From positions 1 through 49,902 of IMG/VR virus record IMGVR_UViG_3300037478_000378: 49,902 bases of DNA; one strand, given 5' to 3'. How positions within the stretch are numbered: the first letter of the stretch is position 1; the number at the start of each line of letters is the position of its first letter. Both the position numbers and the translations under genes were made by a program. Shown here one piece after another: positions 32,539 to 42,445 of the stretch. The DNA comes from a virus (Duplodnaviria; Caudoviricetes). The notes below the pieces were generated by a model that saw nothing but the letters and a program-made list of their open reading frames with translations, did no database searches and was not told the origin of the DNA.

Positions 32539-35238
32539 TTACCTGCGTGAACGGGGGCGGCGGCGCGGAACCTTCTTCGCTTGCCGCCGCTTCTCAAGCA
32601 GTAGTGTATTCAAATACGGGATGCGTGCAAAGAGCGGCCCCAGAATCTTATCCATTTGCTCCAGATCGCCGGGCGCCGTCGTGCCGGGCAGCACCTGTGT
32701 CCCGCGGGGGACCATGCGGGTCAGCCACTCGCGCGGATCGAGCATTCGCTGAATCTGCCACGCTTCCGTGGGCAGCGGCGACTGCCCGGCGATCTCCGAT
32801 GGGATGGCCTGCGCCACATCTGACATGCTGGCATCGTCACCCTGCAGTTTGCGGAGCGCGGCGCCCAGCGCGAAGGGTACCGCGTACGGGCCGGCTGCGG
32901 CGTTCAAGACATAGGGGTACTGGCCTTCTTCGCTCGCCGCCGCGTACCCGGCACCACCAGCCCCGGCCCCCAGCAGTTGTCGCGCGACCTGCTCGGGCAG
33001 CGTGGCACGATCCTTGGTCTCGCGGAACAGCTCAGGCAGGAACCCCAGACCGGGCGTGCGCTCGATGCCGCGCTCGGTGATATTGGCGGCGGTGCGCGCG
33101 AACGGGAACGCAATCGTGCGCGAGATCGGCCCCATCTTGCGCTGCGAGCCGACGACCAGTTGTCCCGTCTTCGATCGCGGGATGCCCGTGAACGCCGACT
33201 GCTTCGCCGACGCCAGCGGAATCCCCGCGTCGATCATCGCTTCGGTGACAGCCGCGTCGGGCGCCGACATGATGCGCCCCGGCAGCCCGAGCATTCCCTG
33301 TGTCTGTCCCCAGCGTCCCTCGGTCGGATCGGGGCTGCCCTCGCGGAGCGCCTTCATGTACGACTGGCCGGCCCGCTTCGAGAGCAAATTGCGCAGCACG
33401 TTGACACCGCGCTTGGCCTGACCGCGCCCGCCGCCCATCAGTCCGGCCAGCAGCTCCTCCACCCCGCGACTGGCCCCGGCACTCGCCGCGCCCACATGGC
33501 CGGCGGTCAGGGTCGACGGATGGCCGAGCAGCCCGGCGTACCCGAACTTCTCGAACAACTGCGGGTTGCGCAGGAAGAAGGGGATCGCGGCGCCCGCGGC
33601 GGCACCGGCGAACGGCGCCAACGGCGAATCAGATGACTCCTCACCGGCAAACGCACCCACCGAGCCCCCGAGTCCCATTTCGCCGAGCCGGCGCGCGGCG
33701 TCCGGATTGACGCCTCCGCTCGGATCATCCACCAACCGCCGGAAGGCGTCGTCAAGCGCCTTGAGCCGGCTGCGCGTCCCACTGGGCTGGAACTCATAGC
33801 CTCGGGGATCGTCTGGGGCACGCTCGGCAAACTGGCGCGGGTTCAGATCCTCCACCGACGTGCCGCGCGCCTTGGCGGCCTCCTGCATGTTGCGCTGGCT
33901 CTCGCCCGACAAGAATGCCTTCTCGGTCGGACTGGTGACGCGGCGCGGGCGCAGGTACTCGGGCAGATCGGACAACTCGGCGGCGGCGGTGGCGGTGGGG
34001 TCTGCACGGGCGGCCGGCGGCGGCGCCAACTCCTCCCACGGCACAGCGGGGGCCAGCCCGCGCCCTGGCATGCGGGGCCGCGCCGGGCGCGTCCAGTTCG
34101 GGTCGATGATCTGCTCGATCTCCATCCGCAGCGCGTTCGGCAGCGAATCCAAATCCAGCCCGGCCGGGCGTGCCCCTTCAGGCGTCTGCGGGATCAAGTC
34201 CAGTTGGCCCGGTCGCGCCCTCGCCAACTCCACCGCTTCATCGGGGGCGTCGGTCTGTCGCAGCCGCGCACCAAGCATCTGCAGCCGGCGCTCCAGGTCG
34301 GACACCTGTGTGGTGGATTCGCGGCCCTGCCGTTCCAGCATCGCGCGCAGGTTGCCCACATCGGCCATCTGCGATTCGGGCAACCCGGCCACCGGATCGC
34401 CGAAGTCAAACCCCGACTGACGTGCCTGCGCCTGCGCAAACCCCTCCTGGCCCACTGGGGGCCGAGGTCGCGCCGCTCGCCCTTCGTCAGCCAGCCGCTG
34501 AAAGCGCCGGACAATCGGGTCCATGAGGGCATCGCCACTGAGTCGCTGCCACGGCCGCGCCGCCTGCCCCAGCTCCCGAATCCCACTGGCCGCCGTCCCG
34601 GCACCCACCAACGCGCCCGCGCCGCCGAGCAGCGCCTGGCCGTAGTTGCCTTCCTCGAGCGCCGGCAGGCCGTACCCCGCCCCGACTGCCAGATCGGCCC
34701 CGCCCAGCAGGGTACGCGCCAATGGACTAGCCCCGGCCGCCGCGCCCCCGGACAGCCCGGTCGCCGCCAGCGACAGGATGCCAAGCGGGTTGGAGTGCTG
34801 CACGACGCCTTCGGTCGCGCCGCCAATCAGGCCACGAAGCTGCGGCGGCAGGGCACTGAGCTTCCCGCGGTAGTTCGGATCGGTAATGTCCTGGCTGAAC
34901 CCCTTGGCGGCCCCAGTGATCCACTCGGGGGTCTGACCCATCGCGCGCAGCTCGTCCATGAAGGACCAGTCGACTTCGGGATCTGGGGCAGCCAACGCTT
35001 GATCGATACGCTCCGCTGCTCCGACCCCGCCGATCCCACGTTCCCCCCGGTGCGCTCGGTACAGATCGACGATGCGCCGGTGCTCCGGCAGCAAGACCTG
35101 CTGCTGTTCGGGGGTCGGGTCGTTGGCGGGGAGCGGCGTAGGCCGCGAGAAGTCGGGCAGGCCAGACGGGGACGGCTGCGGACCCCCACCGGCCTGCTGG
35201 CGAATCAGCGCGAGGAGCTGCTGGAGACGATCGGGCAT
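32539..35238 (-). CDS. Large internal virion/ejection protein (putative)
   Basis: 899 aa, G/A-rich helical; last of the post-tail block; FPFART-NI motif. Confidence 0.6.
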   Translation of the reverse strand: MPDRLQQLLALIRQQAGGGPQPSPSGLPDFSRPTPLPANDPTPEQQQVLLPEHRRIVDLYRAHRGERGIGGVGAAERIDQALAAPDPEVDWSFMDELRAMGQTPEWITGAAKGFSQDITDPNYRGKLSALPPQLRGLIGGATEGVVQHSNPLGILSLAATGLSGGAAAGASPLARTLLGGADLAVGAGYGLPALEEGNYGQALLGGAGALVGAGTAASGIRELGQAARPWQRLSGDALMDPIVRRFQRLADEGRAARPRPPVGQEGFAQAQARQSGFDFGDPVAGLPESQMADVGNLRAMLERQGRESTTQVSDLERRLQMLGARLRQTDAPDEAVELARARPGQLDLIPQTPEGARPAGLDLDSLPNALRMEIEQIIDPNWTRPARPRMPGRGLAPAVPWEELAPPPAARADPTATAAAELSDLPEYLRPRRVTSPTEKAFLSGESQRNMQEAAKARGTSVEDLNPRQFAERAPDDPRGYEFQPSGTRSRLKALDDAFRRLVDDPSGGVNPDAARRLGEMGLGGSVGAFAGEESSDSPLAPFAGAAAGAAIPFFLRNPQLFEKFGYAGLLGHPSTLTAGHVGAASAGASRGVEELLAGLMGGGRGQAKRGVNVLRNLLSKRAGQSYMKALREGSPDPTEGRWGQTQGMLGLPGRIMSAPDAAVTEAMIDAGIPLASAKQSAFTGIPRSKTGQLVVGSQRKMGPISRTIAFPFARTAANITERGIERTPGLGFLPELFRETKDRATLPEQVARQLLGAGAGGAGYAAASEEGQYPYVLNAAAGPYAVPFALGAALRKLQGDDASMSDVAQAIPSEIAGQSPLPTEAWQIQRMLDPREWLTRMVPRGTQVLPGTTAPGDLEQMDKILGPLFARIPYLNTLLLEKRRQAKKVPRRRPRSRR

Positions 35239-35247
35239 GGCGGCCTC

Positions 35248-36114
35248 TTAGTAGCCGCCACCGCCGCCGGGCGCGTTGGGCACACCGCCCCCGCCACCAG
35301 CGCCACCGAAACGCGAGAGCAGTGCGTTGAGCAGGCCCGCGATCCGCGGGTCTTCCAGATCGCCGCCAGCACCGGTGAAGCTGTTGAGCAGATCGATCAT
35401 CTGATCGCCCTGTCCCGTCTGCTGCTGAGACTCCAGCTCGGCCGCGCCGGTCAGTGCCTCCAGATTCGCTTCCTGGCCCCGCTGACCCGCCTGCACCTGC
35501 GCCGGCTGCAGGTATCGCGCGACCAGTTGCTCGAGCGCGTTGGTAGCCTGATCGGCACGGACGGACTTCTCACCCATCGAGAAGTAGCGATCGGCGCCTC
35601 GCTGCGATTGCAGATCGGTCACGTCTTCGCCGATCCCCGCACGCATCAACGCCGTCGATCGGGGATCGGTGGGGGGTGCGGAAATCTGCGACGGGTCGTA
35701 CAAGTCGCGCATCTGACCCAGTTTGGACCCCTGCAGCATCTCTTGTCCGAGCTGGTAGCCGAGATGGGCGCGCGTCCCGCCGGGAATCGTGTCGAGCACA
35801 CTGTTGTTCACAGAACCTCCTCGACTGCCGCGCGCGGCAACGGCTTTCTGCAGCCCTTGCACGCTAGGCAGGTTGCCGTAGCCGCCACTCATCCGAATGT
35901 TCGGAGACTGGCCGCCGCGCATCGCGAACTCTTGGCCGAGCTGCTGTAGCTGCTGGAACCCCTGCGCATCGCCGGGCGCGACCCCCGTGTAGCCGCTGCC
36001 GCCGGGCGCCGCCCCCGGAAACTGCCGGATGTAGGCGGAGTACTCGTCCAGCGACGTCGGCAGCGAGCCGGCGCGCGGTGCCGATCCCAGTGTGTCCATG
36101 CCCCACATTGCCAT
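35248..36114 (-). CDS. Putative internal virion protein
   Basis: G/Q-rich; synteny. Confidence 0.55.
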   Translation of the reverse strand: MAMWGMDTLGSAPRAGSLPTSLDEYSAYIRQFPGAAPGGSGYTGVAPGDAQGFQQLQQLGQEFAMRGGQSPNIRMSGGYGNLPSVQGLQKAVAARGSRGGSVNNSVLDTIPGGTRAHLGYQLGQEMLQGSKLGQMRDLYDPSQISAPPTDPRSTALMRAGIGEDVTDLQSQRGADRYFSMGEKSVRADQATNALEQLVARYLQPAQVQAGQRGQEANLEALTGAAELESQQQTGQGDQMIDLLNSFTGAGGDLEDPRIAGLLNALLSRFGGAGGGGGVPNAPGGGGGY

Positions 36115-36608
36115 CAGTACGCTCCTCGCACCATCCGTGTCAAAGTTTTGACAGGGGTATTGTCTGTCATCTGGTCCGGCTGATCAATGGGAGATTTGGC
36201 GAACCCCATCGTCGAGTCGCCTCCCGGACGCGCCGCGCTGGCCGCTGGCGACCCGCCCTGACCGCCCAGCACGTCCTGTGCGCCCGCTTGACCGGCTTCC
36301 CTGGCGTTGGACTTCAGGGCTGCCGCGAGCCCCGCCAGCGGGGCGCTGGCCGCCGCAGGGGGCTGTGGAGACTGCGGGGGCATCGTCATCGTTGACAGGT
36401 TGAAGCCGGGCAGCCCGGCGCCCCCGGCCATTGGCATCTTGCCTGCATCGCCGCCGATGGCCGGGTTCGCATGGCTCATCGCACCTGACAGGCTCGGTAG
36501 GCGCATGCTGGTCAGACTGTTACGGCCGGCGTAGGCCCCGGCCCCCATCGGCAGCTTGTTCGACGCGCCGACCCGCGAGCCCAAATCGCCAAGATCGAAA
36601 GCAGCCAT
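36114..36608 (-). CDS. Putative internal virion protein
   Basis: G/A/P/M-rich; ends MVRGAY. Confidence 0.55.
   Translation of the reverse strand: MAAFDLGDLGSRVGASNKLPMGAGAYAGRNSLTSMRLPSLSGAMSHANPAIGGDAGKMPMAGGAGLPGFNLSTMTMPPQSPQPPAAASAPLAGLAAALKSNAREAGQAGAQDVLGGQGGSPAASAARPGGDSTMGFAKSPIDQPDQMTDNTPVKTLTRMVRGAY
36138..36153. promoter_or_regulatory. TGTCAA-N4-TTGACA site
   Basis: TGTCAAagttTTGACA, 24 nt above the ATG at 36114. Confidence 0.5.
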
Positions 36609-37054
36609 CAGTAGGCCCTCCCGCGCTGCGCCACGATCTGTCGCAAGATGTCGATGGGCTGGCTCATGGTGCGCTGGCCCAGCCCCTGCTGCGCCCCGCC
36701 GATGGCCTGGTCGTCGGCAAACCCGGCACCGGGATCGGCCAGTGCTCGGCTGAGTCCGGCGAGCGGCCCGGCGGCCCCCATCGCATCAGAGCCGGCCGCG
36801 ACCGGCGGCGGCGGGGGTGCCACGGGGACGGCGTCCGGGGCGCGCGGCGCGGGGGCCTGCCGCGGTTCGGGGAATTGCGGCGTGACCGACGCCCACGATC
36901 CGGAGAAGTCAGGGGCCGATTGCCCACCGCCGCCACCACCGCCGCCGCCGATGTCCGGCCCGGCCGCCCGCTGCTCGGGCTGAATCTGTGACAACCCGCC
37001 CCGCGAGAAGCGGTTGGGGTCGTTGTACGGCGAGACGGTGCGACCGAGCGCCAT
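36608..37054 (-). CDS. Putative internal virion protein
   Basis: G/P-rich; ends RGRAY. Confidence 0.55.
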   Translation of the reverse strand: MALGRTVSPYNDPNRFSRGGLSQIQPEQRAAGPDIGGGGGGGGGQSAPDFSGSWASVTPQFPEPRQAPAPRAPDAVPVAPPPPPVAAGSDAMGAAGPLAGLSRALADPGAGFADDQAIGGAQQGLGQRTMSQPIDILRQIVAQRGRAY

Positions 37055-37830
37055 CAGTAGAGCATCCCGTAGGCGGAAATGATGTTGCGCAGTTCGGCCA
37101 GCGCCGCCTGCTGGGCGCGGTCTTCCTGCGTGTTGCGGAACGAGTCGCTGAACTGACTATGCTGCGTGAGCCGCGACAGATCCATGTTCTCGGCGTCGAA
37201 GCTGCGGTCGGCGAACTTCTCGGCGAGCTGCCGATCGGTCCCGGCCAGTTCGCCCAGGCCCTGTCCGAACAGCTTCTGAATCAGGTCGCCTTCGATGGTC
37301 GAGCCGCTGATGCCACGCCCGCGCGCCACACCCCTGAGTCCCTTGAGCGCCGACTGCATCGCGAGCCCGGTGCGCTCCTTGGCCGACGTGTAGGCGGCCG
37401 ATTCGGCGGTGCGGTCGTACGGATCGCCTTCGCGCTCGGGGGCCGGTGTGGGGCTGAGTCGTACCGGCTGCGGCTTGCCTCGGATCTCGGCCAGCAGAGC
37501 ATTCAGCGCGTTCTGATCTGCACCGCCGCCCCCAGCCGCTCGCGTCCCCGCCGCACCCATCGTCGCGCCCCCCACGGTCCCGACGCGATCCCAGCCACCG
37601 GTGTCGTAGTTGAACTGGGTGACGTCGCCGGTGGGGCTGGTTTCGTACAGGGGCCGGGTCGCCGCGGCGCGTTCCTGGGGCGATTGCCCAGCGACTTCCG
37701 CCGTGCGACCGCTGAACCCCGTGCCCGGATTGACGAAGCCCCCCGTGAAGGGATTCTGGACCGCCCCGCGCGTCTGGCCGCGCAGGTCAGCGGTGCGAAT
37801 GGGTGTGCCGCGCGTCATGCCGACAGGCAT
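37054..37830 (-). CDS. Putative ejection protein
   Basis: ARGRGISGSTIEG motif seen in podoviral ejection-type proteins; synteny. Confidence 0.55.
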   Translation of the reverse strand: MPVGMTRGTPIRTADLRGQTRGAVQNPFTGGFVNPGTGFSGRTAEVAGQSPQERAAATRPLYETSPTGDVTQFNYDTGGWDRVGTVGGATMGAAGTRAAGGGGADQNALNALLAEIRGKPQPVRLSPTPAPEREGDPYDRTAESAAYTSAKERTGLAMQSALKGLRGVARGRGISGSTIEGDLIQKLFGQGLGELAGTDRQLAEKFADRSFDAENMDLSRLTQHSQFSDSFRNTQEDRAQQAALAELRNIISAYGMLY

Positions 37831-37910
37831 CGTATAACTGCCGCGCCAATCGGAAGGTCGTCAGGCGTCCGCCGGTCGCGTCCGAACGAGAAGTGGCCGA
37901 TCCCGATCGC

Positions 37911-38465
37911 TTATGTCCGCTCGATGCCCACGCCGGTGATCGGATTTGGCCGACCGCCGACGTGCGACTCGAAGCGGTGCTGGATCTCCCTGTCCGACTC
38001 CCAGATCAGGCGAGTGCGGGCCAGGGTGAAATCCCTCGGGCTAATGGTATCCGCATCCTGCCGGTTGAACAAGTCCATCCCGCCGGCTCGCAGGAATCGG
38101 GCCGCAAACTCCGAGCAGAACTGCCGCCGGTTGGTCGGGCCGATGTACTGCGCCGTCGTGAAGTTCAGCAGGCCGATGTAGTCGTAGCCCTGCCCATCGA
38201 CGGTCGTGAACCAGTGGCGGGCAGCGCGGGCATTGAACGCCTTGAAGGGCCGGAGCACCAACGCCAGGTCTTTCGGGTCGAAGGGGAAGTGCCGCACCCC
38301 GTCAGGAATGCGGCTGGCGTAGGCAGTGCCGGCGGCACCCGCGATCTCCACATGCGTGAAGCGCGACCAGGTCTTCGCCCCGATGATCCACCCGATCGGC
38401 CCGCGATGTGAGTACAGCAGAATGTCGCCGGGCTGGAACGCGCGCCAGATCGAGCCGCTAGACAT
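37911..38465 (-). CDS. Permuted papain-like (YaeF/YiiX, NlpC/P60 superfamily) enzyme
   Basis: PGDILL, FTHV, GQGYD, FCSEF (His before Cys). Confidence 0.8.
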   Translation of the reverse strand: MSSGSIWRAFQPGDILLYSHRGPIGWIIGAKTWSRFTHVEIAGAAGTAYASRIPDGVRHFPFDPKDLALVLRPFKAFNARAARHWFTTVDGQGYDYIGLLNFTTAQYIGPTNRRQFCSEFAARFLRAGGMDLFNRQDADTISPRDFTLARTRLIWESDREIQHRFESHVGGRPNPITGVGIERT

Positions 38466-38469
38466 GGGC

Positions 38470-38817
38470 CTACTCCGACTGGCGGTCGGCGGCGCTCAGT
38501 TCGTCCAGTGCGGCCACGACCGCGTCGGCGAACAGCGGATTGAAGCCGCGGCAGCCCTCGACGAGCGCCGTGAAGCGATCGTGGTCGGCGGCAGACAGGC
38601 GAATAACAGATGGGCCGCCCCCCGCCGCTTTCAGGACGAGCCTCGGTGCCTGCCCGTCCTCCGCGGGCTGCTCGTCGGCGATCTGGAGCAGCGATTGCTT
38701 GATCCGCGCGTCCGATCGCACGTCGTACTTGTCCTGGCGCGGGCCGTTCAGGAACCCGAACCAGTAGATTTCCAGTTGCCGGTTGTCGCGTACCGTCGTC
38801 AGTCGCTGCAGCGCCAT
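38470..38817 (-). CDS. Hypothetical protein (possible fibre chaperone)
   Basis: GGAGG SD, TGATG overlap with the fibre gene. Confidence 0.6.
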   Translation of the reverse strand: MALQRLTTVRDNRQLEIYWFGFLNGPRQDKYDVRSDARIKQSLLQIADEQPAEDGQAPRLVLKAAGGGPSVIRLSAADHDRFTALVEGCRGFNPLFADAVVAALDELSAADRQSE

Positions 38818-40844
38818 CAGTGTCCTCCCTGGAGTCGTGCCAGAGCCCGTTCCAATTGTGTGGGCAGTTCTCGTCGCCACGATTCTACCTGTCCACGCAG
38901 ATTTTGCAAGTCGGCCGTCATCCGACTGCGATCGGCGGGCGCCAGTCGGCTCTGCATCCACGTCGGCATCTCGCGGACCACCGGCGTGGGCGGGATCGGC
39001 TCATCTTGCCGCCCGGACGCCTGGCCCTCGAGCCACACGCGCATCTGCTCCTGCGCGAATGCGACGTTGCGCTGCTGGTCGTCGGTCCAGCTCCGCTTCG
39101 GAATCGGGCGCACGTGAGCCAGCTTCTCGCCCGTCAGCTTCTCGACGGCGACGACGAGCCGCGCCATGTCGACGCCGATCTCGATCCCCAAGTACGCATT
39201 GCGCGCGCTGTAGGACCACGGGTACTCGGTGACAGGGTGCGCCGCATCCAGGGTTGGCGGATCGAACAACTCGAAGTTGTGCGGCGTGAGCTGCGGGTTG
39301 TTGCCAGCCTCGTCAATGGCGAACATCTCAACGGTCCCGGCGACATCGTCGGCGTACAGCCCTGCCGTGTTGGTCCCCATACCGCTGAGTGCGGTGCCCT
39401 CCCCAAAGATGAGCCCCTTGCTCCCGGCAGACGGATAGACGGGGGTCGCATGGATGAACACGTTCTGCTGGTGATTGACGCGAAACGCTTCCGTGGGGAC
39501 GTTGCTGCCATCGGCCGTCGTGTAGATTTCCACACGGCCTGGCATGTCGGTCGTGTCGCCACCGGAATCTGGCGTGCCGTCGATCGCCTGCTGAATCAAG
39601 GACGAGATGACATAGGCCCCGGCCGCACCGGACCACCCCTGCGCGAAGAAACGACCGATGCGATCACCGGACGCGACGACGGTCGGGGCCGCCAGTGTGC
39701 CTCGAGTGGCACGTGTGTTCCACACCCCGCCTTCGCCGCTCGCATTGTGCCCATCGACCAGCAAGGACATCGCGCCGCCGTCGCGGATGATCTGGAACTG
39801 CGTACCGGTGACAGAGGCGTTGGTGCCATCAGCCACCGTCATCCCCGAGTCCTGCAACGTGTTGCCGCCGGTCCCGTTCCATCGCGCCACCGCGTTGTCG
39901 GTGGAGCTACCAGGGCCGCTCACCCCGCCACTGGCCGCTGCCCAGGCTGGGATGCCCGCCCCCGATACGGTCAACACCTGCCCGGTGCTGCCGATCCCCA
40001 ACGCACTCCACACATTCGAGGCTGAGGCGTACAGGATCTGGCCGGTCGTAGCCGTCGTCGGGAAGGCGGCACTGGTCCACGCGACGTTGACGCCGGACGA
40101 CGCGCTGACCAACAGGCGGCCAGCGGCGCTTGGATGCGCCAAGGTGCTCCACACCGACGTGCTCCCACCGACCATCAGCGTACCCAGCGCCGTCGCCACC
40201 GGATAGATGAGGGGAGACCACGAGACCTGTCCGCTCACCCGCTGCAGGATCTGCCCGTTGAACCCCGCCAGCGGGAGCTTGGCGAGCGTGTTAGTGGCCG
40301 AAGCGTACAGGATGTCGCCGGTCGTGTAGGTGGTGATGTTCGTGCCGCCGTTGGCGATGGGCAGTGTCCCCGACACATGCGTGGTCAGTCCGATCTTGCC
40401 CCAGCTCGGGGCGGCCCCAGCTCCACCGCTGATCAAGGCATTCCCGGTGACGACGGCGGCCAGCTTCGCCAGGCTCGCGGTGCCATCGGCGTACAACAGA
40501 TCACCGACCGTGTAGCTGCTGAGGCCCGTACCGCCATTGGCCGGCGGCAGGACATCGGTGACGGTCGTCGTCAGGTCGACCTTGCCCCAGTTCGGGATCG
40601 TACCGCCGAGCAAAGCAGTCCCCGATGCGCCGACAGCCAGGAGCGCCAACGACTCATCGGTGTCCGCGTAGAGCAGATCGCCGATGGTGAACTCGTCGAA
40701 GCCGATGCCGCCACGGTTGGCGGGAAGCGTTTGCGCGGCGAACCGGTACAGGTCCTCGATGTTGTCCTCGATGACCTGCGCGGTGTACGCCGTCCACTCG
40801 GTCGGGATGCGCTCACGAATGCTGCGACCGCCGCGCTTCGCCAT
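38817..40844 (-). CDS. Tail fibre protein
   Basis: Repeated GDLLYA/GDILYA/GQILYA and ANGGT units; GPGSSTDNAVARW motif; G/T/A-rich. Confidence 0.8.
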   Translation of the reverse strand: MAKRGGRSIRERIPTEWTAYTAQVIEDNIEDLYRFAAQTLPANRGGIGFDEFTIGDLLYADTDESLALLAVGASGTALLGGTIPNWGKVDLTTTVTDVLPPANGGTGLSSYTVGDLLYADGTASLAKLAAVVTGNALISGGAGAAPSWGKIGLTTHVSGTLPIANGGTNITTYTTGDILYASATNTLAKLPLAGFNGQILQRVSGQVSWSPLIYPVATALGTLMVGGSTSVWSTLAHPSAAGRLLVSASSGVNVAWTSAAFPTTATTGQILYASASNVWSALGIGSTGQVLTVSGAGIPAWAAASGGVSGPGSSTDNAVARWNGTGGNTLQDSGMTVADGTNASVTGTQFQIIRDGGAMSLLVDGHNASGEGGVWNTRATRGTLAAPTVVASGDRIGRFFAQGWSGAAGAYVISSLIQQAIDGTPDSGGDTTDMPGRVEIYTTADGSNVPTEAFRVNHQQNVFIHATPVYPSAGSKGLIFGEGTALSGMGTNTAGLYADDVAGTVEMFAIDEAGNNPQLTPHNFELFDPPTLDAAHPVTEYPWSYSARNAYLGIEIGVDMARLVVAVEKLTGEKLAHVRPIPKRSWTDDQQRNVAFAQEQMRVWLEGQASGRQDEPIPPTPVVREMPTWMQSRLAPADRSRMTADLQNLRGQVESWRRELPTQLERALARLQGGH

Positions 40845-42445
40845 TACCGCCTCCCGATCTCGAAGTACGGAATCTCCAGCCCGTACAGCTCCACATCCTC
40901 GGCATCCGTGCTGTGCTGGAAGCGGATCTGGAGCAGATTGCCATCCCCGAACCGCCCGACGCGCACCCGATAGCGACTCATCGCCACCGTGCGAGCCGTC
41001 GCCGGGGCCACACCAATATCGCCGACTGCGGGTGTCAGCGTGAGCGATCCGGCGTTCTGCTTCTTCAGGAGCAAGGCCCCGTCGCCCCAGTGGTGGTAGA
41101 TGTCCGGAGCGCCTGCCGAGAAGTACTTGGTCAGCCAGTCGATCGCGATGGCCGTATCGCCACCGTCGCTGGCGCCCGACTGGTTCATTTCGTACAGGTG
41201 GCCGTCTGCCCCGGCAATGGTCGGTCGCTCCAGACTGTTGCTGTCGTAGAGTAGTGCGCGATGACTGGGGGTGAACTTACCTGTCAGATGCGGCCCCAGC
41301 CACTCACCGCGTCGGATGTCGTAGCTGACCCAGCGGTTCAATGTCGTCTGGTTCGCCGCCGCCAGGTGCAGATCGTACGTGTCGGTGATCGGGTTGTAGC
41401 CACCCTTGGCGTTCGGGAACTCTGAACGGTTGAACACCGTATCGGTCGTGAACCACGGATGCACCTTGTCGCGACTGATGAGCTGCACGCCCTGCGGCCC
41501 AACGCTGTACACCCCGTCCTTGCCGAGGAAGTACCCCACGTCGCGCACCACGACGACCGAATCGGGGGCTACGCAGCCCGGCCCGACCGCCATATCGATC
41601 ACTTCAAAGTTCGCGTCACTGTCGCCCTTGATCTTGGCAATGTGCGCCTGCTTCAGGATGATCAGCTCATCGCGCCGCGGCACGAACCCCGTGACCCCCA
41701 CGTTGTCGAAGCCCACCGGCGCGATGGGAAACTCGTTCCCCCAGGCGTAGAACTGCCCGTCTTCGGTATAGAGCACGGTGTCGCGCCGCCCGAGCCAATC
41801 GCTGACCGCCCAGAGCCGACCGCCCCAGCTCACGATGATCTTCAGGAAGGTGCCGGGGATGGTGCCGGGCGGCGTGCCGAGCTCCTGATCTTCGGGGAGC
41901 AGCGACAGGCCGGCATCTGCCAGTTGCGTCTCGATGCTGGTCGTCGTGTTGTCGTCGATGTCGGCCTCGTGGAACAAGACCGAGCCGCCCGCCGCCGTGC
42001 GGTACAACCGCCGCGTGTTGACGGCAGCCTGTTCGCTGATCGGAATGCCCGACCAGCGCAGCGACTCGTTGCTGAGCGCCTGCACGATGGAGATCGGCGA
42101 CATCGGCGACTCGTTGAGGATCGTGCCGTCGTCGGGATTCTTGATCGCGAAACTCACCCCGCCGCGGTAGTTGCCGGTGAGCCCCGTGCCGCCCGTCCCC
42201 GCGCTCAGCACGGGCGATTCGACCGGCGGCTTGAGACTCATCGGCCGCACGGTGAAGTCGCTCGTGTCGATGTGCAGATTGATCGACGGCGAGTTAACCA
42301 TCAGGATGTGGCGACCGAGAATAGCGAACCGCGCCGGCCGGCTACTGTCCAGGGTCACCCCAGACGGCAGAGTCAGCGTGGTCAGGGTGCCATCGGGCTG
42401 CACGATCTGCAGACTGGTCGCGGCGCGCACAATCGCGTACGGCAT
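40844..42445 (-). CDS. Tail tubular/nozzle (P22 gp10-like stabilisation) protein
   Basis: 533 aa beta-propeller-like; GCVAP-SVV...YFL-DGVY; synteny. Confidence 0.65.
   Translation of the reverse strand: MPYAIVRAATSLQIVQPDGTLTTLTLPSGVTLDSSRPARFAILGRHILMVNSPSINLHIDTSDFTVRPMSLKPPVESPVLSAGTGGTGLTGNYRGGVSFAIKNPDDGTILNESPMSPISIVQALSNESLRWSGIPISEQAAVNTRRLYRTAAGGSVLFHEADIDDNTTTSIETQLADAGLSLLPEDQELGTPPGTIPGTFLKIIVSWGGRLWAVSDWLGRRDTVLYTEDGQFYAWGNEFPIAPVGFDNVGVTGFVPRRDELIILKQAHIAKIKGDSDANFEVIDMAVGPGCVAPDSVVVVRDVGYFLGKDGVYSVGPQGVQLISRDKVHPWFTTDTVFNRSEFPNAKGGYNPITDTYDLHLAAANQTTLNRWVSYDIRRGEWLGPHLTGKFTPSHRALLYDSNSLERPTIAGADGHLYEMNQSGASDGGDTAIAIDWLTKYFSAGAPDIYHHWGDGALLLKKQNAGSLTLTPAVGDIGVAPATARTVAMSRYRVRVGRFGDGNLLQIRFQHSTDAEDVELYGLEIPYFEIGRR

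Noticed and set aside
39900-40720. Repeats in the tail fibre gene
   Set aside because: Ordinary protein-level fibre repeats (GDLLYA, ANGGT), not a shufflon
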